Source: Vairimorpha necatrix (Eukaryota). Taken from it: DNA of 64,000 nt. Positions 58,001-64,000 of the stretch are shown here, in pieces (position 1 is the first letter of the stretch; each line of letters opens with the position of its first letter). Below the pieces are notes generated by a model, which had not been told where the DNA came from, searched no databases, and worked only from the letters and a program-made list of their open reading frames with translations. The stretch is taken from NCBI GenBank assembly GCA_036630325.1, contig CP142727.1, positions 496,001 to 560,000 on the forward strand. The letters are read 5' to 3'. Both the position numbers and the translations under genes were made by a program.

Positions 58001-58881
58001 GAACATTTTTATAGGTCACCCCCCCCCCCCCCCGAAATTCTTAATCCATAAATGTCGATTTGTAGATCTTTTTTTGTAATAAACGCTTAACACATTCTCA
58101 AAGATAGTCACTATGCATTTATACCTATTTCGCTAGAAATATTTACGGCTGCTTTCCAATGTAGATTGTTTACTTTAATGTGAAAGACACCATGAACCGA
58201 AATGTAAGCTTTAATATTGTCTGTGTATCTTACAAGATTCATAATTCCTTAACAATAAAAACGATTTTATGAGCCCATTAACCACTTAATGAAACAAGTT
58301 TATTGCTGGAGTGTTACACCCTCTTATAAAATACGGTTCTCTTATAACTGTTATACTTCGTTTAATCTTTAAATTTAAAAAAAGATTCCTTTTCCAGAGT
58401 TCATTAGGCAAAGCTTTTTTAATAAAAACAAATGCTTCTAACTACATTGGTATAGCTCTACTTCTGATTTTAATTTGCATTTAATTACAGATAAATACTA
58501 TATATTATGCGCAACAAAATTTAATTTAAAAAATATAACGGATGCTACAAAATACTACATCCTTAGATTTGATCAAACACATTTTAGAAATAGATACGCT
58601 TTTATTTTTAAACGAATCTTGTTCTTTGTTTTAATACAAGTCGCCGACCTCTTTTCTACGAAATAATTTTTTGTTTGTTCATTAATTTTTATACTTAAAA
58701 TGTGCTTTATAATTTACAGTAATATTTTTTATTGACAATGTTGTTTTGAGTTGTTCGAATCTTGACCTATACGAAAACGTATTATTTTATGATATTTTAA
58801 TAAATCACATGATCTTACGTGTATATTTCATTTTTCGAAAAAATGTGCAGATAATTTATTTAATAATTTGCATTTACCCCC

Positions 58882-59799
58882 ATGTTTTTGTTTATTACAA
58901 GTTTAAATTGTTCTGGTCATGTTTTTGATACTATAGAAACAAACAAAGAATGCATATTTCATGTCGAAAATGAAAAGAGTTTCTGTAAAAATGTAAATAT
59001 CGAGCCAAAAATAGATGTAATGACAATTTTATCAGAGAGTTATGATGAAATAACACAGGATTTAAATGAAGATTCAACAATGGAATGTTTATTTGAATAT
59101 TTGATCAAAGGCGGTGATTTTGATCTCTTTAAAGGGCCTTCAATCAACGACCAAACTTTAGATAAAATTATTATCAATAATAATAATAATGACATTGGAA
59201 AGCAAACAAATTGTCCAGATCCTCTTGAATTACAGCTTAATGAAATAAAAGAAAAATTTCGATGTATTAAAAATGATTTTGGAATTTTGTTTTCTGACCA
59301 CTCTAACTATAAGTCTAAAATAATTTTTGAAACTAAAGAAGTCAAAGAAATATATGAATTGAGGTCTTATTTGCGTCAATATTTTAGAAGATATCAAAAA
59401 GTTCTTTCAGCTTATGCAGAAAATATTATATCCAAACTTATTGCTCTTAATTCTGAGAACAATTTGTCTATTTTTAATACGTTAGTTTTTATCATAGAAT
59501 TTTGCGATTTCATAATTCCAAAGAAAAATAATTTATCATTATTTTCTAAATCTAAGAAATTACTTTATAAAACTGAACAAGAAATTTGGAAATTAAAAAT
59601 CGCATTGAATGTTATAGATATACCAAAGTTGATTGATTTGATGCAACGCCAGTTCAAGAAAGTAAATGTAAAAGATATTGAAATTTATAACGACTTGGGA
59701 AGATTAAAATATAATTTTAACAAATTTTGCAAAACCAAAGCGGACATTGTCTATTTCTTACGTATACTGTGTCAAAAAATTGCAAACATTATAAATTGA
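58882..59799 (+). CDS. lineage-specific putative secreted protein
   Basis: 305-aa ORF with a CCC tract immediately before the ATG and a short hydrophobic N-terminus. Confidence 0.75.
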   Translation: MFLFITSLNCSGHVFDTIETNKECIFHVENEKSFCKNVNIEPKIDVMTILSESYDEITQDLNEDSTMECLFEYLIKGGDFDLFKGPSINDQTLDKIIINNNNNDIGKQTNCPDPLELQLNEIKEKFRCIKNDFGILFSDHSNYKSKIIFETKEVKEIYELRSYLRQYFRRYQKVLSAYAENIISKLIALNSENNLSIFNTLVFIIEFCDFIIPKKNNLSLFSKSKKLLYKTEQEIWKLKIALNVIDIPKLIDLMQRQFKKVNVKDIEIYNDLGRLKYNFNKFCKTKADIVYFLRILCQKIANIIN

Positions 59800-62700
59800 A
59801 AAAATAAATGATGTATGTATTTGGTTTTTTATTAAAAATTTGATTAGATTACTTGTGCAAGTTTTAAATTTCTAAAAGATTTTTGAGAAAGGTCGTACTG
59901 AGAAATCATTGCTGCATATGTTTAGAATTTTAGCTCTTTATTTTTTTTTATTTGAAACTACAAATAAATTCGAAAACACTGTAAACTATGAATAGTTGCA
60001 ATATTCAGTATGGTTAATCATATATAAAATTATATGCGCTATGTCTTGGGTTTATATTCGATCTTTCTAATATTTTAATTTTGTTTATTATTACACGGAA
60101 TTTGATACAAATATTTGACAATTAATGAGGTTATTTCTAATATTTAGTCTAAATTTTATGGAAAAATTTATTTTCAATAAGAAAATGTGTTATGGCCAAT
60201 TTTTGTCTTAGATTTCTCAATTCATATTTCTGTTTATGGTGATCGGGCAATGTGTTACATCGGCTTCATATATAAAAATAGCCATAGTTGTTGCGTCCAA
60301 CGCAAAAGCATCGATCTTGATACTCCTATTATCTTAAAAACTTGAATATATAGACACTTTTTTAGTGTTTCCCCCACAACTTTGTCGAATAAATCGTTTT
60401 TTGTTTATAAATTTTATACAGTAAATAAATTAGACTTCAAAAAACGCAATGTTTAATTTTCAATATGAAACCAGCATAATGCTACATAAAGTTGTGCGAT
60501 CAGAAGTTTTTTTATTGGCCGAGAATATTTAAAAATCTTTGTCATTCAAAATAAATTCTTATCCACTTGTATAAGTAAAAGCAAAAAAAAAATATTTTGT
60601 TTCTTCGTATTTTAGATCTTTTAATCAGATAATTAATGCATACATTTGCAATGAATAAGTTTATACTGGGTTTCTTAAATTTTTGTTGATTTTGGCATAA
60701 ATTTTTTTGTTTAAAGTTTAAATTTAGCATCTGGTTAGATATTTATATGTTTCCTTTATCCTTAACAGAAATTTTTGTACTTACTATTATAAAATTTTCT
60801 TTAATTGTATGTTTCGTATCAATTTCCATTGGTCTTTATTAATTATAACCTTAATTATCCAACGAAGCGTCTTAAAGTAAATTTTTGTGGTGTTGCACGG
60901 CTCTACGTTCCGCCCAGAATAAACATGTGGCAAAAGGTATATAAGAACATGTTTCATTTGAACATATTTTTCATATTCATATTTTATGGGTATCAAAACC
61001 AGAACTCCCGGCAATCTTTTTTTGGATCTTGTAACTAGTTGTAAGAATGTTCTTCATAACGTTACATTGAAAACACAATTATGCTTATAATTTCATCGAG
61101 TATTTCTTAATATTACATGCTTTACAAATTTCTATTCTTTTTTTTGTCGGATTTTTTCAATAATAAAGAGTTTCTGTATTATATAAAGTAAAATAAAATT
61201 GACTATTTGCAGCAAAACATAAATATGAATTTAAACTTAACATGTTTAGGTTTATGTCAAACAGCAAAAAAAATATAGCATTTTTTTATTCGCATAAATA
61301 CACTTAAGACTTTTTGACATTTACAAATAAATATTAATATTGTTTACTTTGTACATTTTTTTTCATTCACTTGCCAATTTTTTACACTTTGATGATAAAT
61401 TTTGTAATTAGCGATTTGATCCAAATTACATACAAATGATGCATATATTGACAATTTTTTAATTTATTTGCTTAAAAATTTATTAATATTAGATTTTTGT
61501 ACAAAATACAGCCCGAGTATGGATTTTCTCAAATAAATTAGCAAAATTCGGGTTTAGAACGTAAGATGGGTAAGCGTTTTAGCGAATGCAAAAACAAAAG
61601 TCGAATTATACAGATTCGTTTGAAAACTATCTATACTTAATATTTTTTTTAGGTAAATTTTAAAAAAATTGCATCCTATAGTATTCTCTAACCCTCTGAC
61701 AATAGATGAAAAATTTTTAAAAATACATATGATGCAATATGTAAGCTATTAAAAGTTTGTCTTTTTATAATATAATTAAAAATCGATAAAAAACAGAAAT
61801 TTAAATATAATTTTATAATATTTATTAAGGTTTGCGGGTTTTTTTAACAGATATTTTTTAAATCATATTACAATTTTTAGATTTCCGAAACTTCTTTATA
61901 ATAGACAGTTATAAATTCAAGCTCATCAGACAAATGGTTAGCTATTGAGGAGGTCTAATCTAAAACATACTAGAGTGGAAGATATGCTACAAAATAACTA
62001 TATTTCTAACTTTTTGTATATTTTAGTTAAAGTGAAGTGTAACAATAGGGGAAAATGTTAAATTACAATTAAAATTTCGATAATATTTCATTTTATACAC
62101 TATTTGCACCTATACAACTTATTTTGTACTTTATGTTCTTCCACAAAAAAATAACTACATGCCCATCATAAATCCCTTTGCGTCATTCTTTAGTGTCTTT
62201 AAACCTTATAAACATTTTATGAAACATTAAATAAATAGGTAATATATTTAAACAATAAGATTATTACAAGTATCAACATATACCGACGAAATGGCAATCT
62301 TATATTCAAGATTTGACAAATCATAAGCAGAAATGTCGATATATTGTAAAATTGTACTTGTTGGCAAGTATTATAGATAATGAAATTAACTCTTGGGTGT
62401 ATATCACTACCAGGACTGGATTTTTAAATTAAGCTGCGTGTATAACTGCCAGACATAAATTTTATCAAAAAGCAGTCGAAACTATTGAAGCGTAACATCG
62501 CTTTCTATTCATTATTAAGATTCAAAAGTATATTATGAAGTTACTAATCAAATTAGGAAGTCAGGTCACTTCTTAAATCTATATTTTTTTAGAAAAAAAA
62601 CATTGAAAACTGACTATCCGAATTTGCTGAAGTAAATGGCAAAGAAGGTGCGCAATTTATAAACAAATAAATTCTTGGGAATTTATTAGACGAAACTAAT

Positions 62701-63204
62701 TTTATTGGCTTCCCCTAACCCTTGGACAAATAAAAAGGTCTGAGCCCAGATCGATGCAAAGTAAGAATATTAATAATAGAATCTAAAAATTTAAAAACCT
62801 GGCTTTCATTTAAAATTAAGGCTTTCAGTTCCAATCTTCTCGTGTCTAAGAAAAAATTAACATAAAAATATCGTATAATAACATATAAAATTACCTCCAT
62901 TTAATTCCTCATTCAATACATCTTATCAAAGAAGAAATTGTCCTTATTTTTATGTATACAAAATGCTTAAAGGTGGAAATATTAAAAGATCTTTTTCTGT
63001 CAGCCTTAGAGTGACAATAAGATAAGAATGAATAGCAAGCAGTACAAGACATTATAATTAAATTATAATGACATTATAAAGAAGCTGCGAAGATTATTTA
63101 GATTATGTTTATAAAACAAAAATTTATAACAAGCTTAGTTATAAATATATCTTTTATTTCTAATTATTCTTAATATTCTTCATCTTATAAATTCCCCCTC
63201 CTAA

Positions 63205-63714
63205 ATGAATGTAAGTTCTTATGATAAAAATAAATATGACAGGCAGATTCGTCTTTTTGGCAAGGAAGTCCAGGACAAATTGAACAATCTATCAGTTTCA
63301 GTTTTATCAGAGAAAGATGACACATTTGTATCAGGGGAAATTATGAAGAACTTGGTACTATTAGGAGTAAATAAAATATATGCTGATGATAATACGCTTA
63401 AGTCTTTTACTAGACTGGTTCCTAATACCATAGAAGGCATAAACCCTAAAATTAATATGCTTGATAAACCAGAAGGAATAATTTTCGTAGTTGACAAGTT
63501 ACACAGTGTGCCAGAGGTTGTAAATTTTTACATTTCGAGCGAGAGCTTGGAATTTGACAATAAGGAAATTATAAAAAATGCAGCATTTTGTAAAGATGAA
63601 AGTCATTACATTAAAGAATGTTTGTTAGGTGGGATTGTAATCCAAGAATTTATAAAAATGTTACAAAATCAAACTTATCAAACTAAATTTTCCCTTAGTA
63701 AATTATTGAATTAA
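63205..63714 (+). CDS. AOS1: reduced ThiF-family E1 subunit, probably SUMO-activating Aos1/SAE1
   Basis: YDRQIRLFG, EIMKNLVLLGV and C-terminal LGGIVIQEFIK, in only 169 aa. Confidence 0.75.
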   Translation: MNVSSYDKNKYDRQIRLFGKEVQDKLNNLSVSVLSEKDDTFVSGEIMKNLVLLGVNKIYADDNTLKSFTRLVPNTIEGINPKINMLDKPEGIIFVVDKLHSVPEVVNFYISSESLEFDNKEIIKNAAFCKDESHYIKECLLGGIVIQEFIKMLQNQTYQTKFSLSKLLN

Positions 63715-63802
63715 AGAATTGTTAACTTCTATGATAAAATTATTATATTATAATTTTGTTTGTTTTTTACATATAATTAATTATATTTAAAATTTTTTAT
63801 TT

Positions 63803-64000
63803 TTATTCATTTGCTATTTCTAATACTAATCTTCTACCATAAAGATGAGTGCTCTTACCAAAATATTCAATAGCTTCATCCAATGACTTCCTCGTGTCAA
63901 ATGTCACAAATGCAAATCCTCTCAATGTTCCATCTCTTTTTATTGGCAATCTAATTCCTTGAATTTTATATTTATTTTTAAATAAATTTCTAATATCTTT
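63803..64000 (-). CDS. MRD1: C-terminal RRM of Mrd1/RBM19 (partial; runs off the window)
   Basis: Hand translation: KDIRNLFKNKYKIQGIRLPIKRDGTLRGFAFVTFDTRKSLDEAIEYFGKSTHLYGRRLVLEIANE*. Confidence 0.8.
   Translation of the reverse strand, partial: KDIRNLFKNKYKIQGIRLPIKRDGTLRGFAFVTFDTRKSLDEAIEYFGKSTHLYGRRLVLEIANE

Overview
Very AT-rich, gene-sparse eukaryotic DNA that looks like a transposon-rich microsporidian genome (Nosema/Vairimorpha-like by inference). Genes are compact and intronless, and nearly every start codon has a CCC tract just upstream. Host genes: a Doa10/MARCH6-type RING-CH E3 ligase, a SMARCAL1/HARP-type SNF2 helicase with a TAA at its DExH glutamate, an Aos1/SAE1-like ThiF protein, the 3' end of Mrd1/RBM19, and two small families of lineage-specific membrane or secreted proteins. 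About 40% of the window is mobile DNA, often nested: Merlin transposons and MITEs, a MULE, a Ginger-type integrase DNA transposon, non-autonomous Helitrons (including a head-to-tail array) and RLE-type non-LTR fragments. The standout is six copies, from four families, of a minimal ~3.1 kb Ty3/gypsy-like retroelement. These have 37-49 bp LTRs, 5-bp TSDs and one ORF that starts inside the 5' LTR. That ORF encodes a tiny Gag/CCHC-RT-RNaseH-integrase with no aspartic protease. All four families share a nucleotide-level hairpin motif next to the PPT.
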